Shown here: positions 1 through 9,679 of the stretch, in pieces
Layout: the number at the start of each line of letters is the position of its first letter
Numbering within the stretch: the first letter of the stretch is position 1
Assembly (NCBI GenBank): GCA_963719035.1
Contig: CAVRAO010000012.1
Span: 128,001 to 192,000, forward strand
Direction of reading: 5' to 3'
DNA from: Methanobacteriota archaeon
GTDB lineage: Archaea; Halobacteriota; Bog-38; Methanoflorentales; Methanoflorentaceae
Length of the DNA: 64,000 bases
Program-made: the position numbers and the translations under genes
Notes under the pieces: generated by a model
Seen by the model: only the letters and a program-made list of their open reading frames with translations
Told to the model about the DNA's origin: nothing
Database searches by the model: none

Positions 1-414
1 GCACTTCCGCATCATCTTCTTCGTGCATCTCAAACCTCTTCAGCTCTCCAACACACCACTTTGGATCCTATTGCTAGTAGTTCGAGAACCTAGCATGCAT
101 CATCGATAGCACCGTTATAAGGATTACGCACCCAGCGCGTCGGTACCGCGTAAAGCGCCGAATCCGCCAACTGGCTTAGGCTTTTTGAGGGCGCGAATGT
201 CTGCGAGCTCCTCTTTTCAAGCGGCCACAGAATCGCTGTCCATTCTTAGACGAGCGACTATGTTTTAGAAAGGCACCCGCACTTTGACCTGTGGGTCAAG
301 AAAAAATACAGATACTGATACATATCTCAGGCCAGGGTTGATCACTTTCACACTGCTCGTCAGTCATTGATAACAAGGCGGACGTTCATTCCGCCAGCTG
401 GACTAGGTGAAATT

Positions 415-621
415 ATGACTAATAAAGTGCAGCTCTATGCGAGAAGGCGGGAGATGTGCCGTCTTTATGCTCAAAAATCGAACATGACTGAGATTCTTGA
501 TAAGCTCTCCGCAAAGTACAGCATACCCAAGCGGGCTCTGTGGCAGGACTGGCAAAAGCGCACCGAGTGGGTTTATGACGTCTTGGATCTTGAGCCAGCG
601 CGAGTCTTACTGCCGGTCTGA
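415..621 (+). CDS. Small HTH-like protein, 68 aa (paralog of 31614-31811)
   Basis: ATG at 415 after GGTGA SD; 52/63 aa identical to the second copy, with many synonymous changes. Confidence 0.8.
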   Translation: MTNKVQLYARRREMCRLYAQKSNMTEILDKLSAKYSIPKRALWQDWQKRTEWVYDVLDLEPARVLLPV

Positions 622-798
622 TTTGTTAGCAGGGGCTTGGACGTGCGTAAGCATACGGTAATGCTACTTGACGTCGGCAAGTTGATCTTTGCATTGCTTG
701 TTTGTGTCTAATTGCAGCCCGTTATGATTGCTTATTATAAAACGCGAAATTACGTCATACCAATTTTGGAAAAATTGAGATTGAAAAAATTAGATTGG

Positions 799-942
799 CT
801 CTATGGGGTATGTGGGGCAAGAAAGACTCTTGTTGATGGTGTGTTTGAAAGCCAAATTTCTTTGTCTTAAAAACATTAGAGCAAACGTTAATTCGCTCCG
901 TCATTAACAATTGTTGTTTTCTTCTCCACATCACCCATAGAG
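799..942 (+). ncRNA. Candidate structured RNA (long closing stem plus three-way junction)
   Basis: ctctatggg(799-807)/cccatagag(934-942), atgtgggg/ctccacat, aagaaagac/gttttctt, ttgttgatgg/tcattaacaa; several G-U pairs favour the + strand. Confidence 0.4.
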
Positions 943-1269
943 GGTAAATGACTAAAAGTCACTACTAGAAGTAGTATCTTTCACATAACTTTCGTGGTTT
1001 ATAGCAAAATATTGGTGGAAAATTGTTAAAAAGGACCACAATTGCCCATTTTCTGAGTAGTAGCGTTATATCTGAAAATAGCCGGCAAACAATTTTCAGT
1101 CGCGTCGCTTCGCCGAACCCATTTCGAGGCGCTGCGGTTCTGCCATCAAACGATGATAGTCTTTGTTGTGTGAGCTAGCTTCTTTTTCACACGCTGCTCG
1201 TTTGGTCACATTTGTTTACGGAAAAGTATTAACGCCTCTGGTCTCGAAATCTATTACGAGAGTGTAAGG

Positions 1270-3003
1270 GTGAACGGAGAAAAAGCGGTAGACGGACGCG
1301 TCAAGCGAGGTGTCACCTCGCGTATTCCTACCTGCCACGGCGACTTTCAGCTTTGTTTGTATACCGACGGCGAGGACGCAAAAGAGCATTTCGCCCTAAT
1401 AATGGGCAACGTGCGGGGAAAATCGAATATCTTAGTACGGGTTCAATCAGAATGCTTTACCGGTGAAGTGCTCGGCTCTAGTCGCTGCGACTGTAGAGAA
1501 CAACTCAACTTGGCAATGCGGAACATCGCGGATGAGGGCTGTGGGGTCTTGATCTACTTGCGCCAAGAGGGGCGCGGAATAGGTCTCCGTGATAAACTGC
1601 GTGCATACAACCTTCAAGATCAAGGTTATGACACGGTCGATGCGAACTTGCTTTTAGGGCATCAGGCTGACGAACGCGAGTATACCCTCGCGGCTCGTAT
1701 TCTCGCGGATTTACAGGTACGCTCTGTGCGGCTCCTCACGAACAACCCTCGCAAAGTGGCGTGTCTGCGCGAGCTGGGGGTGAGCGTGAAGCAACGGCTA
1801 CCACTGCATCCGACCGTGAACGAAAGCAACTTCAGTTATTTGCTTACCAAGGCCGTGCGCATGAATCACTCGCTGAACGTCGGTGCCACGTCGCATTATC
1901 GAGAGGATGGGGTGATCGCCGGTGTCCCGCGTGAGGTTACGTCTTTGGGGCCTAGCATCAGCAAGGGGGAGTTGCTTGAAAGAAAGCCCGTCAACCAGAC
2001 AACGTCGCTCTATTTCACCGCCCGACGGCAAGTGAGCGTCCGCGAAGAAAAGCTTCCTAAACTCAAAGCCACCCAGGTATTAGTCGCAACGTTGTTCTCG
2101 GCCATCAGTCCCGGCACTGAATGTCTCATTTATCGTGGCGAGTTTCCAGAAGGAATGGCCGTCGACGAGAGCATCGTGGACCTTTCAGGCGAGTTCGCCT
2201 ACCCGTTAAAATATGGCTATGCGGCAGTCGGACAAGTAGTCGCAACAGGCGCGGACGTGGAGACCGACTTGGAAGGTAGTCTCGTCGTGGCATTCCATCC
2301 CCACGAAAGCCATTTCATCGCCGACCCGTCGACGCTGCTTCCGGTGCCCGAGGACATAAACGCAGAAGACGCCGCATTCCTCCCAACGATGGAAACTGCC
2401 GTCAATTTTGTAATGGATGGCGCGCCGGTGATCGGCGAAGATGTGCTCGTTTTTGGCCAGGGAATCATCGGTTTGCTGACTACAAGCATTTTAGCGGGTT
2501 TTCCGCTCGCTAATCTGATTACTTTGGATGAACACGCATTGCGCCGCCAAACGTCATGCGAGGCCGGGGCGCAGGCATCCCTCTATCCTGACGACGCGGC
2601 CTTCGAAACGTTGCTGCGTGATCAGTTGCCAAACGGGGCAGATCTGACGTACGAGATCTCAGGATCCCCCGCTGCTTTAGAGCAGGCTCTTACGGTAACG
2701 GGCTTCAACGGTCGCATCGTTATCGGCTCATGGTACGGGAGCAAGCGTACCACTCTGAACCTAGGCGGAAGCTTCCATCGCAGCCGTATTCGCATGATCA
2801 GCAGCCAGGTCAGTAGCATGGCGCCAGAATTTGACGGTCGATGGACAAAGATGCGCCGTTTTGAGGTCGCGTGGGAAATGATCCGCCAGCTGAAGCCGTC
2901 TCGTCTCATCACGCACCGTTTTCCGATCGAACAGGCGGCAGAGGCCTATCAGTTGCTCGATAAGAACCCTGAAAAGGTAATCCAGGTTTTGTTGACCTAT
3001 TAA
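1270..3003 (+). CDS. ribA: GTP cyclohydrolase II (RibA) fused to a zinc-type alcohol dehydrogenase (MDR family) domain
   Basis: N-terminal motifs RVQSECFTGE..GS.RCDC, QEGRGIGL, TNNPRK; C-terminal SAISPGTE, YPLKYGY, GQGIIG Rossmann motif, GSWYG. Confidence 0.9.
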   Translation: MNGEKAVDGRVKRGVTSRIPTCHGDFQLCLYTDGEDAKEHFALIMGNVRGKSNILVRVQSECFTGEVLGSSRCDCREQLNLAMRNIADEGCGVLIYLRQEGRGIGLRDKLRAYNLQDQGYDTVDANLLLGHQADEREYTLAARILADLQVRSVRLLTNNPRKVACLRELGVSVKQRLPLHPTVNESNFSYLLTKAVRMNHSLNVGATSHYREDGVIAGVPREVTSLGPSISKGELLERKPVNQTTSLYFTARRQVSVREEKLPKLKATQVLVATLFSAISPGTECLIYRGEFPEGMAVDESIVDLSGEFAYPLKYGYAAVGQVVATGADVETDLEGSLVVAFHPHESHFIADPSTLLPVPEDINAEDAAFLPTMETAVNFVMDGAPVIGEDVLVFGQGIIGLLTTSILAGFPLANLITLDEHALRRQTSCEAGAQASLYPDDAAFETLLRDQLPNGADLTYEISGSPAALEQALTVTGFNGRIVIGSWYGSKRTTLNLGGSFHRSRIRMISSQVSSMAPEFDGRWTKMRRFEVAWEMIRQLKPSRLITHRFPIEQAAEAYQLLDKNPEKVIQVLLTY

Positions 3004-3010
3004 GACGACT

Positions 3011-3400
3011 ATGTATGCCGTTGCTATCACACGAGATTTCGTCGCTCAGCATCATCTGATAGGGGGGGATTGGGGGGAAGAGAACCGCAATCATTACCAT
3101 CAGTATAAGGTAGAACTCCAGCTGGAAGGGGAAGAACTGGATTACCACGGGTATCTTGTGGATATTGTTGACCTGGAAGCTCAGTTAGAAGCGCAGGTGC
3201 ACTACTATGCGGGCAGAACGCTCAACGATTTGCCCGAATTTGCCGGACTGAATCCCAGCATCGAGCGTTTTGCATTTATTCTATGCAATAAGCTCTCAGC
3301 GAGAGTACATACCCCCGCTGTCCGCATCATCACCGTGAAGATTTGGGAAAATGACAATGCATGGGCGTCGCACAGCTGTGTAAAGCAAAGCAGTATGTGA
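3011..3400 (+). CDS. 6-pyruvoyl-tetrahydropterin synthase / QueD-family (COG0720) protein
   Basis: F.AQH, H.H.Y.VE, GYLVD, LNDLPEF...NPSIE, IWEND motifs. Confidence 0.9.
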   Translation: MYAVAITRDFVAQHHLIGGDWGEENRNHYHQYKVELQLEGEELDYHGYLVDIVDLEAQLEAQVHYYAGRTLNDLPEFAGLNPSIERFAFILCNKLSARVHTPAVRIITVKIWENDNAWASHSCVKQSSM

Positions 3401-3441
3401 CGCGTGCCCGTGCCCGAGGCTCTGAATCTCGATAAACGACT

Positions 3442-4542
3442 ATGCGGATTGGGCTCGTAATTTACGGAAGCTTAGACACGCTCTCTGGTGGCTACTTATA
3501 CGACCGCACGCTGGTTGCCGCGCTGCGCGCAAACGGAGATACCGTGGCGATCGTCTCCTTGCCCCGGCGAAATTATCTGCGAAACCTGGGTGACAACTTT
3601 TCACCCTACCTACGTCGTCGTTTGCTCGAGCTCCAAGTGGATATCATGCTTCAGGATGAGCTTAATCACCCGTCCCTGTTCCTGCTCAACCGATGTGTGC
3701 GCGAGCAAATCAACTGTCCCGTTGTTTCCATCGTCCACCTTCTCAAAAGCAGCCTTAATAACCCGGCTTGGCAAAGTTCCTTTTACCGCAGGGTGGAGCG
3801 GCGGTATCTTTCAGGCGTTGACGGACTTATCTACAACAGCGCTACGACGCGTCGAGAGGCAGAGCATTTACTCAGCGTCGCTCGCGCTCCGAAGCCGGCG
3901 AGTCTTGTTGCGTATCCTGGTAGCGATCGCTTAAATCCACAGATCAGCACCGAAGAGCTGATGAATCGAGCCCTTGATGATCCCTTGCGGCTGCTGTTCT
4001 TAGGGAATGTGATCCCGCGCAAGGGGCTACATCTCGTTCTAAAGGCGCTGGAAACGTTGCCTGATGACCAGTGGACGCTTACGGTGGTTGGTAATCCTCA
4101 GGCACGCCCTTTTTACGCTCGTGCAGTGAGCCGCCAAATCTCGCAGGCGGGATTGGCCGCGAACGTGCAGTTTGCAGGCATATTGTCCGATCAGGAACTG
4201 TCGAAGTACTTGCAAGCGAGCCATGTCCTTGTTATGCCATCCTCTTACGAGGGATATGGCATAGCCTACGCAGAAGCTATGGGTTTTGGTCTACCGGCGA
4301 TCGGCACGACAGCTGGCGCGGCAGGAGAGATCATCACGCACGGTCGTGATGGTTTCCTCATATCACCAGACGATACGGTTGCGCTCGCAAGCTATTTGAC
4401 TAAGTTGGCACAAGATCGGCCGCGCTTACTTGAAATGAGCCTGGCAGCCCACGATCGCTATAGGTCCCTCCCTACTTGGAAAGGGTCAATGGATGCCATT
4501 CGAACCTTCCTGATCGAACTCGTAGACGATGCTGCTTTCTAA
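3442..4542 (+). CDS. Glycosyltransferase family 4 (GT-B)
   Basis: SGGYLYD, GNVIPRKG, PSSYEGYGIAYAEAM motifs. Confidence 0.92.
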   Translation: MRIGLVIYGSLDTLSGGYLYDRTLVAALRANGDTVAIVSLPRRNYLRNLGDNFSPYLRRRLLELQVDIMLQDELNHPSLFLLNRCVREQINCPVVSIVHLLKSSLNNPAWQSSFYRRVERRYLSGVDGLIYNSATTRREAEHLLSVARAPKPASLVAYPGSDRLNPQISTEELMNRALDDPLRLLFLGNVIPRKGLHLVLKALETLPDDQWTLTVVGNPQARPFYARAVSRQISQAGLAANVQFAGILSDQELSKYLQASHVLVMPSSYEGYGIAYAEAMGFGLPAIGTTAGAAGEIITHGRDGFLISPDDTVALASYLTKLAQDRPRLLEMSLAAHDRYRSLPTWKGSMDAIRTFLIELVDDAAF

Positions 4543-4678
4543 ATCACCGGTAGCTTCAGTCGTCTCCGTCTTTCACATGCGCTGGAAAATTCTTCATTCG
4601 CTGCATTGCTGACCAAAGCTCCTACGCCCGGAAAAATTATTTAAAGACTTGAATTGAACGTTTCTGCGGTGATTATAA

Positions 4679-4975
4679 ATGGAGGAGATAGAGCGAATCC
4701 CAGTCGTGCCGACTATAGCGCTTGGTCACGATAAGGACAACTATACAATCGAAGTTGAATTACCAGGGGTACACAAAAAGGATATAGAATTTGAAGCCTC
4801 TGAGAACAGTTTTTGTCTTAGCGCTCCGAGAGATGACATCGAATACTTTGGGTGCTGGATGCTTGCGCACGCCATAGACCCGAAAAAGGCAGCAGCTACG
4901 TTCTCGAATGGACTTTTGAGGGTAACAGCACCGTTAGTAGAAAGTTGTGAAGGAATAAGGGTACCAATAAAGTAA
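4679..4975 (+). CDS. Small heat-shock protein (Hsp20/alpha-crystallin)
   Basis: VELPGVHKKDI and A.FSNGLL.V motifs. Confidence 0.88.
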   Translation: MEEIERIPVVPTIALGHDKDNYTIEVELPGVHKKDIEFEASENSFCLSAPRDDIEYFGCWMLAHAIDPKKAAATFSNGLLRVTAPLVESCEGIRVPIK

Positions 4976-5093
4976 TCTTGAAGCAACAAGCCCGCCAAAG
5001 GGCTTGTTCTCTATATTTTTTTGAGCCACGTTAAAAGCAATAGCGTCTGCGTTTTTCCAGTCACTACGTAACCTTCAAGCTCCAGAGCATCGC

Positions 5094-5318
5094 TTAGCGA
5101 CTAGACTCTTTCTTCTTGTATTTCTCTAGCTGCTTTAAGATGTGCTGGTATTTACGCTCTGTCTCTTTGTTCTCCGTCTTCAGTCTGTTATTATCCTTTT
5201 TCAAGCGTTGGACTTCTGCGCGCAATCGGTTAAACTCTTCTGATCGCTTCGCGTGCAGCGTTTCATTTTCTGCTTTTAAGCGCTCGTTTTCCACAACAAG
5301 CAAAGATTCCTTGAGCAT
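5094..5318 (-). CDS. Small coiled-coil hypothetical protein
   Basis: 74-aa charged heptad-repeat ORF. Confidence 0.5.
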   Translation of the reverse strand: MLKESLLVVENERLKAENETLHAKRSEEFNRLRAEVQRLKKDNNRLKTENKETERKYQHILKQLEKYKKKESSR

Positions 5319-5457
5319 AGCTGATCATAAGGCATAATAGCATAAATATGGGCATCGCTACGAAAACGACATTAAGCTCGTCAAGAGCGACGCAAACCAA
5401 TGCAACCGTTAAAGCGCTCAGGATGAGCTCAGTTTGGGAAGCAGCTACAAACTGCGG

Positions 5458-6587
5458 TTAAACTATTCCCGGAAGAGAATCTCCTTGAGTTAGCACTTCA
5501 CAGCCGTTATCAGTGATGCATATGACGTCCTCTTTTCGGTAACCTCCGATGCCTGGTGCCGCCAATACCGCGTGCCCAACGGTCACCGTCATACCGGCCT
5601 TGAGGACGATCTCACCGTGTTGTGGGTAGTGACTCGGGTGGGGTACTCCTCAGCCTCAAGTCCAACGCCGTGGATGTAACCGGGAACGACGTACTTACCG
5701 AACTCGGTCTTTTTGATGGACTCAGCCATGAACTGCGTGACCTCCTTGACCTTCCAGCCCGGCTTTACCGCGTTTATGACCCCCTGTTGGGCCTCATTAT
5801 AGGCATCAGCAAGCTTGACGAACGCCGTGCTTACGGGCTTTGCTACCATGCCACCTGCCGCTTCGCCGCATACGAAGGTGCGGGCCATATCACAGGCATA
5901 GAGATCAGCGACGGGGTGAAGGTCAACGATGACCGGATCTCCCGCGTTCATAACCCTGTGAGAGACATAGCCGTGCAAGCCGAGCGAGCGCTCACCTGAG
6001 TTAACAAAGGTGAGAAAACCCAGACGCTCCGACCCCGCCTTTCGTAAGGCGTATTCAGCCTCTCGAGCAACGTCGTTCTCCGTTGCGCCGGCGACGAGCG
6101 CATCTGCCGCTGCCATCATCCCGAGCTCTGCGATGTGAGCGGTCTTTTTCATACGTGCAATTTCGTCAGCCGACTTCACCATACGAAGCTCGCTCATGAT
6201 CTCGTCGTTCTCGACCATGTTAATCTCGGGATTGAGCTTTCTGAACCGAAATACCTCAAATCCGGGAGCGGTGTGCGTATCGAAACCGACCGTCGCTTTA
6301 CGAAGGTCGCTCTCCTTCATAGCGTTAAAGAAGTGCTGCATGAGCTCGTTGACGCTGCTCCAGCCGCGGACGTCGTTCACCCACGTGTGCGCACGAACCT
6401 GCTCCACCTCGGGCTGGAACACGATGATCGTAGGATCAGCGTCTTTATAGAACAACATTCGAGCCTGCCGCCGATAATCTCCCGTGATGTAGTAGTAGTT
6501 CTCAGCCCCTGCAATGAGCATCGCATCGACGCCCTTTGCTCTCATAAGCTCTTGAATCTGCTTTTTTCGTTTGCCGTAGACAGCCAT
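5458..6587 (-). pseudogene. Xaa-Pro peptidase (M24) family gene with an apparent 1-nt deletion near 5640
   Basis: Creatinase-like N-domain, CDMART, HGVGLE..E.P. The C-terminus (HPSHYPQHGEIVLKAGMTVTVGH...GIGGYRKEDV...) continues in another frame to TAA at 5458. May be an assembly error. Confidence 0.85.
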
Positions 6588-6635
6588 TTTTCCTCCGAAC
6601 GTAGATGAAAACTCAGCAAGCAGGCGAAATAACCC

Positions 6636-7007
6636 TTACCGGCGAACCACGTACATGCTACTCTCGACCGACTTCTCAAACGTACGCACGTGCTCTGTGC
6701 GTGTAATAAGGTAGAGCCGTCCGTTTCGTTCTTCGATGTATTTCTGTTCTTTAAGCTCAGATATGCCAGCGTCAATCAGGGATTCTGGCGTAGCTGCGTC
6801 GTCCAAGCTACATGCAGCACACGCTTGATGTATCTCGGCGGAGGTGAACCCTTCGCGTTGTGCTGGTTCTTCTTCTCCCTCTTCGATGAGCATTGCGTAT
6901 AAGACGCTTTGAGCCCCTGGACTTAGGCTTCGCACTTTATCGATTAATTCCTGACTTTCTGGGGTCTCTTCGCCTGTGTAAGGGACTCCCTTTGTTTCGT
7001 TTTTCAT
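6636..7007 (-). CDS. Hypothetical protein, possible winged-helix domain
   Basis: GAGGT SD; LS...Q.VL..., I.ELKEQKYIEE..GRLYL winged-helix-like pattern. Confidence 0.65.
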   Translation of the reverse strand: MKNETKGVPYTGEETPESQELIDKVRSLSPGAQSVLYAMLIEEGEEEPAQREGFTSAEIHQACAACSLDDAATPESLIDAGISELKEQKYIEERNGRLYLITRTEHVRTFEKSVESSMYVVRR

Positions 7008-7039
7008 GAGTTATACCTCGTAATTTGTATTTGTGCACC

Positions 7040-7369
7040 CTATGCGCGAATCATTGTCAGAAGCATCTTGAAGCGGTTTTTGGCTTGAAGCGCGTGAGGG
7101 ATGTTTGCGGGCATGACGACCATGTTTCCCTCGTTGGCATGAACAGCGTTGCCTCCGATTGTAATCTCAGCATCGCCATCGATGATCTGTACAACCGCAT
7201 CGTACGGCGCGGCATGCTCGCTCAAGCCCTGCCCTGCATCGAACGCAAACAGCGTGATAGTGCCCGCTTTCGTGTCGATAAGGGTCTTGCTTACTATAGA
7301 ATCAGCCGCATATTCGACAAGTGTTTTTGTGTCAACTGCTTTACCTTTGTACATCTCAATTTCGCTCAC
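7040..7369 (-). CDS. Cupin domain protein
   Basis: TLFAFDAGQGLSEHAAPYDA and MPANIPHAL; GGAGGT SD. Confidence 0.92.
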   Translation of the reverse strand: MSEIEMYKGKAVDTKTLVEYAADSIVSKTLIDTKAGTITLFAFDAGQGLSEHAAPYDAVVQIIDGDAEITIGGNAVHANEGNMVVMPANIPHALQAKNRFKMLLTMIRA

Positions 7370-7712
7370 GTTTATACCTCCAATAGGCTAATCATCCAAA
7401 CCGTTCTTAGTTAAACTCTGTTTTAGAAAACTGTTGTTGCGTTCAGCAACCCCCTATGCGCATCGGTGTTCGTGTTCTTCGCCGCCACTTTGTTCTTGCT
7501 TCACACGAGCGTAAAGGTGGTGAGAATAAACAACGAAGTTTGATGTACGCCACGATGAATTCCCGTCCTGCTCTGACGTCGTTTACTCTATAGTTCCTTG
7601 TTGAGAGTTATCGTAATGTGCCCCTGTCCTGAAATACGTTCGCGTGTCCCCACATTTCACACCTTTTCGCTTGGCTACCTAGTCGAACAAATGACTAATT
7701 GGGCGAAAAGCT

Positions 7713-8924
7713 ATGTTGAATTGGTTGCATGGTGTATTTGCAGCGAAGGACATGAATTTGAAAGACACGAAGCTCAATCGCATCGACCTTATCTTCTTAG
7801 CACTCGGTGTGATTATTTTTCTGCTTTTTGTTCTCGACCTATTAGGCGCCAGAATCTTGTTTTACGGCGACGCGAGCGCCGCAAGTTTCTTGTTGAGTGC
7901 ACTCCCCCAAAGTCTTGCCGCGCTCTTTGGCATAACGTTCTCCATCTTTATCATCGCAATTGAATTTTCAGCGTCTAAATATACGCCAAAAGTGTTGCAT
8001 TTTCTCCTTGCCTCAATTTTCAAAGATTTTCAGATTATGGGCATTATCGTGTTTTTCGTTGCGACAATGTTTGTCAGTTTTATAACCTTAGCCCACATAA
8101 GTGGGGTCAACATCTCTAACGAAAACAGGGTTTTGACGTCGCTTAGCGTGGCGTTAACTGCATGCTGCTTTTTGTTGCTTCTAAATTTATTTAGGCGTGT
8201 TCCGCGTTTCTTTAATCCAGAGGATATCGTTAATGATGTTAAAGCGAAAGCGCTCAGCGAATATCGACCAAAGGAAAATGCCGAACTTGTTGAGATCTTA
8301 GGAGACGTCATCAGAAAAGAATCGCTGCAGGGAAATATTGACGTGGCCAGCGACGCGCTCACTACGCTTGAAGAAATTTCTGTCTACAACTTTCAGAATC
8401 GCCGAGAAGGGTTCAATGATGTCGTGCTAGAGCAGCTGTATGAAATTTCACGGACCGCAATTAGAATCGACGATACCAATACGTCGAATGAGGTCGTTGA
8501 CGCGATGCGCGTTTTCTGTGGGACTACCATAGATGTCGATAGTCAATATCTCGGTGGCTTTAGATATTTGAGAGATATTGGAACGCTCGCGCTTGATCGC
8601 GCAAAAGGGGTCGTCCACTCCCAACTGTTGTTGTCCGTGTCTCACCTTTTTAGCGAGTTGATATTATCTGCAAAAGAAAAAGATCGAAACACACACGCTA
8701 TGTTTTCAATCATGCAATTCTTCATCTTAGGGAGTTTCTATAATTCCAATCACGAGTCTATCGCAAACCACATAATTGAGGATATCACATCGGTTTGCTC
8801 GCAAAAAGAAGTTGAAGTCGCTTACACCGGGTTGATAGAGAAAAAAGAGACATTAAGATCATATTTTGGAGGGGAAGACCCCCAACACGCCCTTAGTGAC
8901 TTTTACGACGTTTTGATGGCGTGA
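7713..8924 (+). CDS. Membrane protein, DUF2254-like N-terminal TM region plus helical C-terminus
   Basis: Four hydrophobic segments and an FSI..IAIEFSASKYTPK motif. Confidence 0.7.
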   Translation: MLNWLHGVFAAKDMNLKDTKLNRIDLIFLALGVIIFLLFVLDLLGARILFYGDASAASFLLSALPQSLAALFGITFSIFIIAIEFSASKYTPKVLHFLLASIFKDFQIMGIIVFFVATMFVSFITLAHISGVNISNENRVLTSLSVALTACCFLLLLNLFRRVPRFFNPEDIVNDVKAKALSEYRPKENAELVEILGDVIRKESLQGNIDVASDALTTLEEISVYNFQNRREGFNDVVLEQLYEISRTAIRIDDTNTSNEVVDAMRVFCGTTIDVDSQYLGGFRYLRDIGTLALDRAKGVVHSQLLLSVSHLFSELILSAKEKDRNTHAMFSIMQFFILGSFYNSNHESIANHIIEDITSVCSQKEVEVAYTGLIEKKETLRSYFGGEDPQHALSDFYDVLMA

Positions 8925-8940
8925 TTGCCCATTCAAGCAG

Positions 8941-9135
8941 TTATAATTTTACGTCGGGAATATGACGTTTATCCGCGCATTTAAGATCGTACAACTCTGC
9001 TTTGGCCTTACCGATTGGGCAATCAGAAGAGTGCTTGTCGGGCCCACAGTGAAGGCAAGCGTTCTCTAAAGCGTCAAGCGCGTCACTCACTTGGTCAAAG
9101 GAAACCTCTTTTCCGCTGTATTTCCATATAGTCAA
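8941..9135 (-). CDS. Small Cys/His-rich protein (CxxC...H...C)
   Basis: AGGTGA SD before TTG; CLHC, H and CPI ligand pattern. Confidence 0.6.
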   Translation of the reverse strand: MTIWKYSGKEVSFDQVSDALDALENACLHCGPDKHSSDCPIGKAKAELYDLKCADKRHIPDVKL

Positions 9136-9196
9136 ACGATCACCTTTTCCACATAGGTATGTTAATTATATGGTGTTTAGAATATAAAGAAGCAAG

Positions 9197-9679
9197 GTGA
9201 TTTCGATGGTTCAAACGGAAGTAAAAATGGTTGAAGAAATGCGAGCAGCGTGCATATTCCACAACGGTGCTGTTTCAGCGATTGGCGATGATATGGGGCG
9301 TCTTATAGGTGAGCTGATGGGATGGGTGATGAAGCGCGGGGTGAAAACGGAAGGGCCCCCATTCGCGGTCTATTACAGCAGCCCCGACGACATGGCGCGA
9401 GGTGAAATGCAGTTTGAAGTGGGTATCGCCTTTGTCGGAGAGGCTCAAGAGGAGGGCACTATCCGGATTAAAACATTCCCAGCGCAAAATGTGCTCTCAG
9501 CGATCCATAAAGGACCGTATAACCAAATAGCGCCTGTTTATGCAGCATTAATGGAATATGCTACGAATAACGGATACGAGGTAATCGGCCCACCTATGGA
9601 ACTGTGGCTAACGAATCCTATGGAAGTGGCAGAAAGCGAATTGCTAACAGAAGTGCGCTTCCCCGTGGCAAAGGGATAG
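9197..9679 (+). CDS. GyrI-like small-molecule-binding domain protein
   Basis: GPPFAVYY, HKGPY, E.WLTNP..V...ELLTEV.FPV. Confidence 0.9.
   Translation: MISMVQTEVKMVEEMRAACIFHNGAVSAIGDDMGRLIGELMGWVMKRGVKTEGPPFAVYYSSPDDMARGEMQFEVGIAFVGEAQEEGTIRIKTFPAQNVLSAIHKGPYNQIAPVYAALMEYATNNGYEVIGPPMELWLTNPMEVAESELLTEVRFPVAKG

Noticed and set aside
1-28. Possible minus-strand gene start (GAGGT SD, MHEEDDAEV...) running off the window edge
   Set aside because: Only 9 codons are visible, so it cannot be supported.
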